Positions 19,337 to 29,949 of a DNA stretch of 64,000 nt are shown one piece after another. Positions within the stretch are counted from its first letter, which is position 1; every line of letters begins with the position of its first letter. Source of the stretch: an uncultured Clostridia bacterium. GTDB taxonomy: Bacteria; Bacillota; Clostridia; Christensenellales; Borkfalkiaceae. Both the position numbers and the translations under genes were made by a program. Under the pieces are notes generated by a model that was not told where the DNA came from, ran no database searches, and saw only the letters and a list, made by a program, of their open reading frames with translations. Where the stretch lies: positions 351-64,350 of the forward strand of contig CANRGG010000008.1 in the NCBI GenBank assembly GCA_947630115.1, in the 5' to 3' direction.

Positions 19337-19638
19337 CTTGCTTGATCGGTTTTTTTTCGCCGATCGTTTGAGCGATTGCTTTTTGGGCGATTGATTGCGC
19401 CGGCGTTTGGATTTTACCGATTGATTCTGATTTAATTAGAATTCTGCCGCTTTTTCGGGGAAAATTGTCAAAATCCCGCGGCATGGGGAAGGAGAATTCA
19501 TGATCAGAGGTCCAGACTTAACTGTTCGCAAAATCACGGTTTTACGAATAGTTAAACCAAAAAATGCGGATTTTCGCGCTGATTGTGGTTCAATCCCGAT
19601 TTTTTGGGTTTATATCGTTCGAGCCACAAGATTTCGGC

Positions 19639-21489
19639 TCAATTCTCCGAAGGCTGCGGGACGATCTCCGATAAGAGCCCATAGGAATATCCTTCGACAC
19701 TGAGCGTTCCTTCCAATCGGATTTCGGCGAATTCTTCAAAAAGCGGTCTGTCGAGCGAAATGGTAAATTTTTGTGCGGAATTGTTCACATAAACATACAG
19801 ACTGTTTCCCGCAAGAGCCCGTTCAAAGACGAGGATTCCGCCGGCGGCAAAAATTTCGCGATAAGTTCCTTTGGCGAAGATCTCACGGTGTTCTGCGCGG
19901 ATCTTTCCGAGCTTTCGATAATATCCGATGAGATTTTCACGCAGATGTTCCCAATCGAAGCAGCCGCGGCACAGCGGATCGGGACCGCCTTCCATGCCGT
20001 TTTCGTCGCCGTAATAGACGCAGGGAACGCCCGGCAGCGTGAATTGCAGCAACGCCGCCATTTTGAGTTTTTCTTCCGCCCGCTGCCGTTCAACGCCGCT
20101 TAAACGCACGCTTGCGGCTTCTTCCTTTTTGGCGGCGTCAAACGTCTTTCTGCCCAACAGGCTCAGAATGCGCGGCGTGTCGTGCGTCGAGAGAACGTTC
20201 ATGGCAAGATCGAGCGCCTCCTTCGGATAATGGTCGAGGAGCGAGAAAAGCGTTTCCCGCAGCCGTTCGCAGTTTCCCGTGACGGCAAAGTCCAAGATCG
20301 CGTCTTTGAGCGGATAATTCATCGTCCCGTCCAATTCTTCGCCCTGCAAATATTGCCGTCGGACGCCGTAAGAAATTTTGTCCGACGCGTCCTCCCAAAC
20401 TTCACCCAAAATCGCGGCGTCGGGCGACTCGTTCTTCACGCATTGCCGCAGTTCCCGCAAAAATCCGTCGGGGAGCTCGTCGACGACGTCGAGGCGAAAT
20501 CCGCCGATCCCGAAGCGCAGCCAATGCCGCAAAACGCCGTTCTCGCCGAAGAGAAATTCGCGATAAGAGCGGTCGTTCTCCCGGATTGCGGGGAGAGTTT
20601 CGATCCCCCACCAGCAATCGTATTTTTCGGGAAATTCACGGAAGGAAAACCAGGAAAAATACGGCGAGTCGGGCGATTGAAACGCCCCGAGCGTGGGATA
20701 ATTGCCGAACCGATTGAAATAAACGCTGTCCGCGCCGACATGGTTGAAAACGCCGTCTAAAATAAGCCGAATGCCGCGCCGCCCGGCGCTTTCGACCAGA
20801 GACCGAAAGTCCCCCACCGTGCCGAGAAGCTCGTCGATCTTGAAGAAGTCACCGGTGTCGTAGCGGTGGTTGGAGAACGCTTCAAAGATCGGATTGAGAT
20901 AGATCGCGGTGACGCCGAGCGAACTCAGATAATCGAGTTTTTCCTCGATCCCCTTCAGATTTCCGCCGAAAAAGTCGTTATTCAGGACTTCTCCCCGCTC
21001 ATTCGGGCGGAAATCGGGAAGATCACCCCACCGCCGCATTCTTCTCTTGCCGTTTTCCCCCTCCGAAGGAAGCTCTCCGAAGCGGCGGAACCTGTCCGGA
21101 AAGATCTGATAGAGAACGCCCCCTTTAAGCCAGTCGGGGGTCCGAAACCCTTTTCGGTAAACGGTGAGCTGCCAGGGCGCTGGCGCGCCGGAGAAGGTCC
21201 CCTCTTGCAGTCTGCCGCGCGAAAAAATTCGACCTGGGACCGTAAAATAATAAAAATACAGGCCGGTCTTGGGAATTTTCAGGCTGATCGAAAAGCAATT
21301 TTCCTTTTTTTGCATGGGAAAGCGGACGGGCCCTTCGCCGTCGCGGAAGAAAACGAGCTGCATTTCTCCCGCAAAAAAATCGTCCCCGTCCGGATATTCA
21401 AAGACCCGCAGATCGAGCCTGCTCTTTTGTTCGACCGCGCCGACAATGCTTTTGCATGCAAGGTCCAAAGGATTATAATAAAGTCTCAT
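19639..21489 (-). CDS. Glycoside hydrolase family 13 (alpha-amylase/neopullulanase-like)
   Basis: 616 aa. The four GH13 regions are present: LDGVFNHVG, GGFRLDVVDELP, ILGEVWED, LSTHDTPR. Starts 1 nt after the glgP stop. Confidence 0.9.
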   Translation of the reverse strand: MRLYYNPLDLACKSIVGAVEQKSRLDLRVFEYPDGDDFFAGEMQLVFFRDGEGPVRFPMQKKENCFSISLKIPKTGLYFYYFTVPGRIFSRGRLQEGTFSGAPAPWQLTVYRKGFRTPDWLKGGVLYQIFPDRFRRFGELPSEGENGKRRMRRWGDLPDFRPNERGEVLNNDFFGGNLKGIEEKLDYLSSLGVTAIYLNPIFEAFSNHRYDTGDFFKIDELLGTVGDFRSLVESAGRRGIRLILDGVFNHVGADSVYFNRFGNYPTLGAFQSPDSPYFSWFSFREFPEKYDCWWGIETLPAIRENDRSYREFLFGENGVLRHWLRFGIGGFRLDVVDELPDGFLRELRQCVKNESPDAAILGEVWEDASDKISYGVRRQYLQGEELDGTMNYPLKDAILDFAVTGNCERLRETLFSLLDHYPKEALDLAMNVLSTHDTPRILSLLGRKTFDAAKKEEAASVRLSGVERQRAEEKLKMAALLQFTLPGVPCVYYGDENGMEGGPDPLCRGCFDWEHLRENLIGYYRKLGKIRAEHREIFAKGTYREIFAAGGILVFERALAGNSLYVYVNNSAQKFTISLDRPLFEEFAEIRLEGTLSVEGYSYGLLSEIVPQPSEN

Positions 21490-21490
21490 C

Positions 21491-23923
21491 TTATTTTTTG
21501 ACAGGTTTTAAGTCCCAGATCTTTTCCGCATATTCCCGGACGCACCGGTCCGCCGAGAAAAAGCCCGCGGCGGCGATGTTGCGGAGGGATCTGCGGTTCC
21601 ATTCCGAGCGGTCGCTTCGGTACAGCGCCGAGATCTCGCTCTGCGTTTTCGAGTACGATTCATAGTCAGCAAGACACATATAGGGATCCGCGACGGGCGG
21701 GCGGCGGAGCAGATAATTGGCGATCTCGGCGAACGAACAGCCGTTGAAGCCCACGATCAGCGATTCGATCACCTTGCGCATTCCGGCGTCGCGGTTATAG
21801 TAGGCGCTTGAATTGTATCCTTCCTTGCGGATCTCGTCGGCTTCTTCCGCCGTCAGGCCGAAGATGAAGATATTCTCGGCGCCGACCCGTTCGGCGATCT
21901 CCACGTTCGAGCCGTCCAGCGTGCCGATCGTCAGCGCCCCGTTGAGCATAAATTTCATGTTCCCCGTGCCGCTCGCCTCTTTCCCGCTCAGCGAGATCTG
22001 CTCGGAGATCTCCGTCGCCGGCATGAGCTGTTCCGACATTGTCACATTGTAGTTTTCCAGAAAGACGACCCGAAGTTTTTTGGCGATCTCGGGATGTTTT
22101 TCGATGTCCGCCGCAAGAAAACAGATGAGCTTGATGATCTGCTTCGCCATGTCGTATCCCGCCGCAGCTTTGGCCGCGAACAGATAGGTCTTGGGCACGA
22201 AATCGGCGCCCGGATCTTCCTTCAAGGCGTTGTATTCGGCAATGATGTGCAGCGCGTTGAGAAGCTGCCGCTTATATTCGTGCATTCGTTTTGCCTGGAC
22301 GTCGAAGATCGTGTCGGGATCGAGGGCGATCCCCTGCGTTTTCTTTGCAAACTCGGCGAGCTGTATCTTTTTGATCCGTTTGATCTCTTCGAGGCGTTTT
22401 AGCACGCTCTCGTCGTTTTCGAATTTTCGAAAGCCCGCCAGCTGTTCCGCGTCCTTGGTGAAGCCGTCGCCGATACAGTCGCAAAGCAGGGCGCAGAGCT
22501 CGGGATTGGATTGGTTGAGCCACCGCCGATGGGCGATCCCGTTCGTAATGCTCGTGAATTTTTCGGGGGTATGCTCGTAAAAATCACGAAAGACGCTCTC
22601 TTGGATGATCTTTCCGTGCAGCGCCGACACGCCGTTCACGCTGTGCGAGCCAACGATACACAGATTCGCCATCCGCACCGAATTATGGGACAGGACGGAC
22701 ATGCGCGAGATCTTGTTCCAATCGCCCGGATAGGCCTTCCAGAGGTCCTCGCAGAAGCGCCGGTTGATCTCTTTTAAGATGGAGTGGATCCGCGGCAGAC
22801 TGCGCGCGATAAGGTCCTCCTGCCAGGTCTCGAGCGCCTCGGAAAGCACGGTGTGGTTGGTGTAGGCGCAGACGCTCGTGGTGATGTTCCACGCCGTGTC
22901 CCAATCGAAATAATTCTCGTCGAGAAGGATCCGCATGAGTTCGGGGATCGCAAGCGCGGGATGGGTGTCGTTGATGTGGATCGCCGCAAGTTTTGGCAGA
23001 AGGGTGAGCGAACCGTACCGCCGCTTGTGATCGTACACGACGCATTGCAGCGAAGCGGAAACGAGGAAATACTGCTGCCGTAATCGCAGCGATTTGCCCT
23101 CGAGATGGTTGTCCGAAGGATATAAGACTTTGGAGATGAGCTCCGCTTCGCTGTCCGAGCGCATTGCCTCCCGATAGTTCCCCTGCGAAAAGAGATCCAT
23201 ATCGAAATTGTTCTCCGCGCGCGAACGCCAAAGCCTGAGCACGCTCACCGCATGACAGTCCTTTCCCGAGACCATCATGTCATAGGCGATCGCCTCCACT
23301 TCCGTCGCGTTGCGGTAGACCGTCTCCATGCCGTGCGGCGTCCATTTTTCCTCGATCTCGCCGTCGAACTTCACGAGGAACCGCTTGTCGGCGCGCTGGG
23401 TGAGCCAGCACTCCCCTCCCGGCAGCCAGACGTCGGGAAGCTCGATCTGCCAGCCGTCCACGATCTTCTGCCGGAACAGCCCGTATTGATAGCAGATCGA
23501 AAATCCCATAGCGGGATAATCCTGCGTGGCGAGGGCGTCCAGAAAGCAGGCGGCGAGCCGTCCGAGCCCGCCGTTTCCAAGCCCCGCGTCGGGCTCTTCC
23601 TCGTAGAGTTCATCGAGCGACGCCGACTTGCGCAAAGATCTGAGCGCGCCTGCAAGCGCGCCCTCGATCCCGAGGTTGCAGACGTTGTTCTTCAAGGAGC
23701 GCCCCATGAGGAACTCCATGCACAGGTAATAGACTCGCTTGGCGCGGCAGGCCTTCGCCTCGGTGTGGAAGCGGCGGTGTTTTTCGGTGAGGATATCGCG
23801 CACACTCAAAACGACGGCGCGGTAAAGCTGTTCGCGGGTCGCCTCGGCGGGCGTGACCCCGAAATGCCGGGACAGCTTGCCGCCGATCATGTGTTTTAAG
23901 TCTTGTTCGGTGTATTTTGTCAA
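21491..23923 (-). CDS. glgP: Glycogen/alpha-glucan phosphorylase
   Basis: 810 aa. PLP-lysine region GKEASGTGNMKFMLNGALTIGTLDG. TTG start preceded by AGGAG 7 nt upstream. Confidence 0.95.
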   Translation of the reverse strand: MTKYTEQDLKHMIGGKLSRHFGVTPAEATREQLYRAVVLSVRDILTEKHRRFHTEAKACRAKRVYYLCMEFLMGRSLKNNVCNLGIEGALAGALRSLRKSASLDELYEEEPDAGLGNGGLGRLAACFLDALATQDYPAMGFSICYQYGLFRQKIVDGWQIELPDVWLPGGECWLTQRADKRFLVKFDGEIEEKWTPHGMETVYRNATEVEAIAYDMMVSGKDCHAVSVLRLWRSRAENNFDMDLFSQGNYREAMRSDSEAELISKVLYPSDNHLEGKSLRLRQQYFLVSASLQCVVYDHKRRYGSLTLLPKLAAIHINDTHPALAIPELMRILLDENYFDWDTAWNITTSVCAYTNHTVLSEALETWQEDLIARSLPRIHSILKEINRRFCEDLWKAYPGDWNKISRMSVLSHNSVRMANLCIVGSHSVNGVSALHGKIIQESVFRDFYEHTPEKFTSITNGIAHRRWLNQSNPELCALLCDCIGDGFTKDAEQLAGFRKFENDESVLKRLEEIKRIKKIQLAEFAKKTQGIALDPDTIFDVQAKRMHEYKRQLLNALHIIAEYNALKEDPGADFVPKTYLFAAKAAAGYDMAKQIIKLICFLAADIEKHPEIAKKLRVVFLENYNVTMSEQLMPATEISEQISLSGKEASGTGNMKFMLNGALTIGTLDGSNVEIAERVGAENIFIFGLTAEEADEIRKEGYNSSAYYNRDAGMRKVIESLIVGFNGCSFAEIANYLLRRPPVADPYMCLADYESYSKTQSEISALYRSDRSEWNRRSLRNIAAAGFFSADRCVREYAEKIWDLKPVKK

Positions 23924-23934
23924 AATTTTCTCCT

Positions 23935-25449
23935 TTATCTGAGCATTTCCATGTAAAGATCTTCATATGCGAAGGCGGATCTTCCCCAGGAAAAATCGGT
24001 CGTCATCGCCCGTTTCATGAGTTTTGTCCATTCCTCTTTGTCGCGGTACAGACAGAGCGCCTCGCTTAAAACGTAGAGCATATCCTGCGCGTTGTAATCC
24101 CGGAAGGTAAAGCCGTTTCCGCCCGCCCCGACGGGGGTGATACTGTCGCGCAGCCCGCCCGTTTCGCGCACGAGTGCGACCGTTCCGTAACGCGAGGCGA
24201 TCATCTGGGAAAGCCCGCACGGTTCGCTCTTTGAGGGCATGAGAAAGATGTCCGCGCCCGAATAGACCTTCCTCGAAAGATCGGGATTGAAAGAGATGAT
24301 CGAGACGACCTTCCCGGGATACCGCCTCGCAAGGTCGGTGAAGTAATTTTCGTAGGCAAAGTCCCCTGTCCCGAGCAAGACGAACTGCATATCCTGCCGC
24401 AGGGCCTGCTCGATCACCGCCTTGACAAGATCGAGCCCCTTATGGGCGACAAGACGGGAGATCATCGCCACGATCGGCGTCTCCGCCCGGACGGGCAGAT
24501 TGAGCATTCGCTGCAATTCCTCCTTGCAGACCGCCTTGCCGGAAAGATCTTCCGCCGAATAGTTCGCAAACAGCGCCCGATCGGTCTCGGGGTCGTAGGA
24601 GGCGCAGTCGATCCCGTTGAGAATGCCGCGGAGCTTCCCCTCGTTGCGGCGGACGATCGGGTCCAGCCCGTTCGAATAGAACGGGTCCTTGATCTCCCCC
24701 GCATAGGTCGGCGAGACGGTCGAAAAGCGCTCGCTGCACTCGATCGCCCCTTTCATCAGGTTGAGACAGCGTTCATATTCGACAAGATGGCGGAAATTTG
24801 CGGGGATCCCGAAGAGATCCTCCAAAATGTCTAGGGAGAATTTTCCCTGATATTCGATATTATGAATGGTAAAAAGGGTGCGGATGTATTGATATTCGGG
24901 GCGGAAACAGTAGATCGTTTTGAGATACAGCGCGCAAAGAGCCGCCTGCCAGTCATGGCAGTGCAAAATCTCGGGATAAAAGCCGAGGAAGGGCATGACC
25001 TCCAAAACGGCGCGGCAGAAAAAGGCAAAGCGCTCCCCGTCGTCGTAATAGCCGTAGCAGCCGGGCCGCTTGAAATAGTACTCGTTGTCGAGGAAATAAA
25101 AGGTGACGCCGTCCTTCCGGTATTCAAAGACGCCGCAGTACTGGCTGCGCCAGCCCAGCGGGACGAAGAGATTCCCGAGATATCGGAAGTCCTTGCGGTA
25201 TTCCTTTTTGATGTCCTGATAGAGCGGGATCATGACGCGCACGTCCAGCCTTTCGTTTTTTGCGAGCGCCTTGGAAAGCGACCCGATCACCTCCGCAAGT
25301 CCGCCCGTCGAAATGAAGGGCGTCGCCTCGGAGGCGGTGAGCAGCACTTTTTTCTTGGCCTCCACCCGGATCTTCGGCGGCTCGACTTTTTTTTCGGGTC
25401 CCGCTTCGCAGATCTCGACGGGCAAGCCATTTTCGCTGGTTTGTTTCAT
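23935..25449 (-). CDS. glgA: Glycogen synthase
   Basis: 504 aa. SEATPFISTGGLAEVIGSL (KTGGL-type motif) after a ~30-aa N-terminal extension. GT5 fold, with the C-terminal MPSKSEPCGLSQM motif. Confidence 0.95.
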   Translation of the reverse strand: MKQTSENGLPVEICEAGPEKKVEPPKIRVEAKKKVLLTASEATPFISTGGLAEVIGSLSKALAKNERLDVRVMIPLYQDIKKEYRKDFRYLGNLFVPLGWRSQYCGVFEYRKDGVTFYFLDNEYYFKRPGCYGYYDDGERFAFFCRAVLEVMPFLGFYPEILHCHDWQAALCALYLKTIYCFRPEYQYIRTLFTIHNIEYQGKFSLDILEDLFGIPANFRHLVEYERCLNLMKGAIECSERFSTVSPTYAGEIKDPFYSNGLDPIVRRNEGKLRGILNGIDCASYDPETDRALFANYSAEDLSGKAVCKEELQRMLNLPVRAETPIVAMISRLVAHKGLDLVKAVIEQALRQDMQFVLLGTGDFAYENYFTDLARRYPGKVVSIISFNPDLSRKVYSGADIFLMPSKSEPCGLSQMIASRYGTVALVRETGGLRDSITPVGAGGNGFTFRDYNAQDMLYVLSEALCLYRDKEEWTKLMKRAMTTDFSWGRSAFAYEDLYMEMLR

Positions 25450-25518
25450 AAAGATTTCCCCCTTTCTTTCTGAATTTTCTCCGTTTCATCTATTCATATT
25501 CGCAAAGGGCCGCGAAGT

Positions 25519-26634
25519 TTACAGCATTCTGCCCTTTCCGACGAAATACGGCAGTTTTTCGCAGCCCGAAAGATGTCTGCCGTCGCGGATAATGACGCCC
25601 TTGTCCGCAATGACGCACTCGAGCCAGACGCCCATGCCGATCACCGAGTCCTGCATGATGATCGAGTTGCGGATGACGCTCCCCCTGCCCACCTTCACGC
25701 CGCGGAACAGAATGCAGTTCTCGACCGTCCCCTCGATCGTGCAGCCGTCCGAAATGAGGGAATTTTTCACCTGCGCCCCCGCCGAATACTTGCTCGGCGC
25801 GGAGTCGCGCACCTTGGTATAGACGTCATGTGCGCCGAACACCTCGCTGCGGACGCTCTTTTTCAGAAATTCCAGACTGTGGCGGAAATAGGCTTCCAGC
25901 GAGTTGATCCCCGCATAATATCCCTTGAACGGATAGCCGAAAATGCGCATGGAGTCCACGTTCTTGGAGAGAATGTCCCTGCCAAAGCTCGTAAAGCCGT
26001 ATTGAGAGGCGTTTTCGATGATCCCGATGAGGGTTTCCCGTTTGAGCGCCATGAGGTTGATATAAAGATCGAAGCGCCCCTTCCCGTTCACATCGGGGTT
26101 GATCCGAAGCGCCCTGACTCTGTGCTCGGCGTCCGGTTCGAGGGTGATATAATAGGAGGATTGCACGCTCTCCTCTTCATGGCAAACCATGGTGATATCG
26201 GCGCGGTGTTCCTCATGGAAGCGCACGACTTCGGAAAGGTCGATCCGCAGCACGCCGTCGCAGTCGCAGAGGATCACAAAGTCCTCCCGCCGGTGTTCGA
26301 GGAAGCTCTTGATCCCCATGAGGGCTTCGAGGCGGGAAAAATAGGGTTTATCGGTCTCGTTGGAATAGGGCGGGAGCAGGATGATCCCGCCGTCCTTCCG
26401 GGCAAGATCCCAATCCTTGCCGCTCCCGAGATGTTCGAGCAGCGATTGATAGTGGTTCTTCGTCACAATCCCGACCGTCGTAATGCCCGAGTTGACCATG
26501 TTGGAGAGGGCGAAGTCCACCAGGCGATATCTTCCGCCGAAGGGAATGGACGCCATCGTCCTGCGCTTGGAGAGCTCGGGTATATTTTCGTCATGAATGT
26601 TGGAAAAAATAACGCCGACCGTTGAATATGTCAT
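25519..26634 (-). CDS. glgD: Glucose-1-phosphate adenylyltransferase regulatory subunit GlgD
   Basis: 371 aa from ATG 26634 (ATGA overlap with the glgC stop). [44 protein letters not shown]. The 528-aa track ORF is an Arg-rich extension that overlaps glgC. Confidence 0.9.
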   Translation of the reverse strand: MTYSTVGVIFSNIHDENIPELSKRRTMASIPFGGRYRLVDFALSNMVNSGITTVGIVTKNHYQSLLEHLGSGKDWDLARKDGGIILLPPYSNETDKPYFSRLEALMGIKSFLEHRREDFVILCDCDGVLRIDLSEVVRFHEEHRADITMVCHEEESVQSSYYITLEPDAEHRVRALRINPDVNGKGRFDLYINLMALKRETLIGIIENASQYGFTSFGRDILSKNVDSMRIFGYPFKGYYAGINSLEAYFRHSLEFLKKSVRSEVFGAHDVYTKVRDSAPSKYSAGAQVKNSLISDGCTIEGTVENCILFRGVKVGRGSVIRNSIIMQDSVIGMGVWLECVIADKGVIIRDGRHLSGCEKLPYFVGKGRML

Positions 26635-27833
26635 TCGTTTTCTCCTTTGAAGTCTCCTTCGAGGATTTGTCCGCCTCCGACCTTTGCCCCGGCGGAAACG
26701 GTGATGTTCCGTCCGAGCACCGCGATCTTTTTGGCACCGCCGTTCCGCTCGCCGATCCTGGCCCCCTCCCGCACGGTGACGTTCTCCGCGATGATCGCGG
26801 ACTCGACAAGGGCGCCGCGCCGGATAACGGAGCCCGCCATGACCACGCTGTCCTTCACGAGCGCCCCCTCTTCGACGATCACGCCCGTCGCGAGCAGCGA
26901 ATTTTCCACCGTCCCGTCGATCTCGCAGCCGAGCGCGATCATGGAATTCTCCACCCGCGCGGTCTGTCCGAGATATTCGGGCGGCGCGTTCGGGTTGCGC
27001 GATTGGATCCTCCAATCGGGATCCCCAACGTTGAACACCGGCTCTTCGCCGAGAAGGTCCATATTTGCCTCCCAGAGCGATTCGATGGTGCCGACGTCCT
27101 TCCAATAGCCCGAAAAACGGTAGGAGAACATCTTTTCGCCCGCTTTGAGCATGGCGGGCAAGACATCCTTGCCGAAATCTCTGCCCGAGCCCGGCGTTTT
27201 GTCGTCCTCTTCAAGATAGCGATAGAGCTTTTCGGCGCCGAAGATATAGATCCCCATCGAGGCGAGATTGCCCTTCGGCTCCTTCGGCTTTTCCTCGAAT
27301 TCATAGATCGACCCGTCCGGACGAACGTTCAGGATCCCGAAGCGGGACGCCTCTTTTTGCGGGACTTCGATCGCGGCGATGGTGCAGTCCGCCCCCGTCC
27401 GGATATGCTCGCGGAGCATTTTCGCATAGTTCATCTTGTAGATGTGATCGCCCGAAAGCACGAGAATGTAATCGGGGCTGTACTGCTTCATAAAGCCGAC
27501 GTTCTGAAAGACCGCGCTCGCCGTCCCCTCATACCAGGAGCTCTTTTTCTTCGCCTGATAGGGCGGCAGGATGTGCACGCCGCCGAAGGCGCGGTCGAGA
27601 TCCCACGGCTGGCCGTTGCCGATATATTCGTTGAGCTCGAGCGGCTCGTACTGCGTGAGCACCCCCACCGTGTCGATCCCCGAATTGATACAGTTGGAGA
27701 GCGGAAAGTCAATAATGCGGTATTTCGCTCCATATCCCACCGCGGGCTTTGCGACCTCGTTGGTGAGGGCGTAAAGCCTGCTGCCCTGTCCGCCCGCAAG
27801 CAGCATTGCGACGCATTCTTTTTTTCTTCTCAT
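26631..27833 (-). CDS. glgC: Glucose-1-phosphate adenylyltransferase
   Basis: 400 aa. [12 protein letters not shown] nucleotide-binding loop and a left-handed beta-helix C-terminal domain. The start overlaps the glgB stop. Confidence 0.95.
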   Translation of the reverse strand: MRRKKECVAMLLAGGQGSRLYALTNEVAKPAVGYGAKYRIIDFPLSNCINSGIDTVGVLTQYEPLELNEYIGNGQPWDLDRAFGGVHILPPYQAKKKSSWYEGTASAVFQNVGFMKQYSPDYILVLSGDHIYKMNYAKMLREHIRTGADCTIAAIEVPQKEASRFGILNVRPDGSIYEFEEKPKEPKGNLASMGIYIFGAEKLYRYLEEDDKTPGSGRDFGKDVLPAMLKAGEKMFSYRFSGYWKDVGTIESLWEANMDLLGEEPVFNVGDPDWRIQSRNPNAPPEYLGQTARVENSMIALGCEIDGTVENSLLATGVIVEEGALVKDSVVMAGSVIRRGALVESAIIAENVTVREGARIGERNGGAKKIAVLGRNITVSAGAKVGGGQILEGDFKGENE

Positions 27834-29770
27834 CAGATTTCTCCCGTCTTTTCTTCCTTCTTTTTCCCTTCCCCGATAAAATACAGGCAGGAAAGTTTCG
27901 GCATGGGCAAGCGGATCGAATAGCGCTTGCCGTGCGTCGGGATCCCGACCGCCGGAAAAACTTTTTTCCCGCCGAGCTTTCCCCTGCCGCCGAAACGAAT
28001 ATCATCGCTGTTGAATATCAGCCGGTATTTCCCCCTTTCGTTCACGCCGAGCATGTAATCGTCCGCGTCCGCGCCCGAAAAACTGATTACGGCAACGATT
28101 TCCCTGCCGCGGCTGTCGCGGCGCAGAAAGGCGACGATGTTGCGGTCCCTATCGTCGGGTGCCAGCCATTCAAAACCCGTCCAGCTGTCGTCGATCTCGT
28201 AGAACGCGGGCGTCTCGCGGTAAAAAAGGTTGAGCGTTTTCACAAAAAGCGCAAGTTTTCCGTGCAATTCATACCGATCGCGCAGAAAAAATTCCAGTCC
28301 TTCGGAAAAGTTCCATTCTTTGAACTGTCCGAACTCATAGCCCATGAAATTCAGTTTTTTGCCGGGATGGGCGGTCATAAATCCCAAAAAGGCGCGCACG
28401 CCTGCGAATTTGTCGGCATACTCCCCCGGCATTTTCCCGATGAGCGAGCCTTTGCCGTGGACGACCTCGTCATGGGAGACGGGCAGCACGAAATTCTCGG
28501 AGAAGGCGTACATCATAGAAAAGGTGAGCTTGTTGTGGTGATCCATGCGAAAGACGGGATCGAGCGAGAGATAGTTCAAGGCGTCGTTCATCCAGCCCAT
28601 GTTCCACTTGTGGCTGAACCCGAGCCCTCCGACTTCGGGCGGCTTGGTCACGAGCCCCCATGCGGTGGATTCCTCCGCGATCATGAGCGCGTACGGAAAG
28701 CGCGCAAAGACCGCCTTGTTGAGCTTACGGAGAAAGTCGATCGCTTCGAGGTTCTTGTTCTCCCCGTAAATATTCGGGACCCATTCCCCGGGGCGCTTGT
28801 CATAGTCGAGATAGAGCATGGACGCAACGGCGTCCACCCGCAGCCCATCGACATGAAAGAGATCGAAGAAAAAGCACGCCCCCGAGATGAGGAAGGAGAT
28901 CACTTCCTTTCTGCCATAATCGAAGCGGCGGGTCCCCCAGCTCTTGTGCTCCATCCGATCCCACTGCGCGCTCTCATAGAGCGGCCCGCCGTCGAACTCA
29001 TACAGCCCATGCCCGTCCTTGGGAAAATGCGCGGGCACCCAATCGAGGATCACGCCGATCCCCGCGGCATGGAAGGCGTCCACGAGCGCCATGAAGTCCT
29101 TGGGCGTCCCCATGCGGGAGGTGACCGCAAAATATCCCGTCACCTGATAGCCCCAGGAGCCCTCGAAGGGAAACTCCGTCACGGGCATGAACTCGACGTG
29201 CGTATAGCCCATGTCTCGCACGTAGGGAACGAGCTCGCGGGTAAGATCGGTATAAGAATATAGATCGCCATTTTTATGCCGTTTCCAGGACAGAAGATTC
29301 ACTTCATAGACATTCATCGGCGAACGGTAGGGATCTTTCCGGCAAAGATCCTTAAAGTAATTGGTATCGTGCCAGATAAATCCGCCCAGATCGTAAAGTT
29401 TAGAGGCGTTTTTCGGCGCCGTTTCGGCGTGGAACCCAACGGGGTCGCTCTTCAGAAGTTTCCTCCCGTCCGCAGCCGTGATACAGTATTTATAGAGGTC
29501 GAACTCCTTTAAGCCTGGGACGAACAGTTCAAAACTCTCGCCGTCCACCATGCGGGTCATGACGTTTTTGTTTTCGTCCCAGCCGTTGAAATCGCCGACG
29601 ATGGACACTCGTCGCGCATTGGGCGCCCAGACGCGGAACAAAAAGCCCGCCTCTTCCCCGCAAAGAGCGGGATGGGCGCCGAAAGTTTCGTAAATGCGAT
29701 CGTTTTTTCCGTGATGAAAGAGATACAGCGGAAAATCCGCCGCGCTTGATTCCTGCATGAAGTCTCCCAT
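27833..29770 (-). CDS. glgB: 1,4-alpha-glucan branching enzyme
   Basis: 645 aa. GH13 regions [36 protein letters not shown]. An alternative ATG at 29758 has a better GGAGA RBS. Confidence 0.95.
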   Translation of the reverse strand: MGDFMQESSAADFPLYLFHHGKNDRIYETFGAHPALCGEEAGFLFRVWAPNARRVSIVGDFNGWDENKNVMTRMVDGESFELFVPGLKEFDLYKYCITAADGRKLLKSDPVGFHAETAPKNASKLYDLGGFIWHDTNYFKDLCRKDPYRSPMNVYEVNLLSWKRHKNGDLYSYTDLTRELVPYVRDMGYTHVEFMPVTEFPFEGSWGYQVTGYFAVTSRMGTPKDFMALVDAFHAAGIGVILDWVPAHFPKDGHGLYEFDGGPLYESAQWDRMEHKSWGTRRFDYGRKEVISFLISGACFFFDLFHVDGLRVDAVASMLYLDYDKRPGEWVPNIYGENKNLEAIDFLRKLNKAVFARFPYALMIAEESTAWGLVTKPPEVGGLGFSHKWNMGWMNDALNYLSLDPVFRMDHHNKLTFSMMYAFSENFVLPVSHDEVVHGKGSLIGKMPGEYADKFAGVRAFLGFMTAHPGKKLNFMGYEFGQFKEWNFSEGLEFFLRDRYELHGKLALFVKTLNLFYRETPAFYEIDDSWTGFEWLAPDDRDRNIVAFLRRDSRGREIVAVISFSGADADDYMLGVNERGKYRLIFNSDDIRFGGRGKLGGKKVFPAVGIPTHGKRYSIRLPMPKLSCLYFIGEGKKKEEKTGEI

Positions 29771-29913
29771 GCGCCGAAGGATGGGGAGAGCGCTTCCCCT
29801 TCCGCCGCGCCCGTTTCTTTCTTTATCCTATATGATTTTTCCCCTTTCCATGCACGGGCGGCGGAAAATCGCCCGGAAAGGATTTTTTACAAACTCAGTT
29901 TTTGCAGAATTTC

Positions 29914-29943
29914 AAAAAAAAGTCTTTCGGTCACCCGAAAGAC
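29914..29943 (-). terminator. Terminator of murC
   Basis: Minus strand: GTCTTTCGG-gtga-CCGAAAGAC followed by TTTTTTTT, starting 7 nt after the stop. Confidence 0.85.
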
Positions 29944-29949
29944 GAAAAA

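Noticed and set aside
19585-19598. A tRNA T-arm-like string GTGGTTCAATCCCG, a possible att-site remnant.
   Set aside because: The flanking bases do not form a T-stem or an acceptor stem, and no integrase or direct repeat partner is present in the window.
19500-19703. A 67-aa ORF with a good SD (GGAGA) in the AT-rich intergenic region.
   Set aside because: It has low GC3, unlike the local genes, and a basic low-complexity product. It runs 65 nt into the convergent GH13 gene. It is kept only as a note within the intergenic finding.
25519-27105. The 528-aa version of the glgD ORF. The 395-aa version of rlmB (54183-55370) and other N-terminally extended track ORFs fall in the same category.
   Set aside because: The upstream extensions are Arg-rich, overlap the preceding gene and start at TTG/GTG codons lying in promoter or coding sequence. 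Internal ATGs with an RBS or ATGA coupling give proteins of normal family length.
29771-29913. A sporulation-type (sigma-E-like) promoter for the glg operon, by analogy with B. subtilis.
   Set aside because: There is only a loose CATATAGG -10-like string and no convincing -35 element, so the call cannot be supported from sequence alone.
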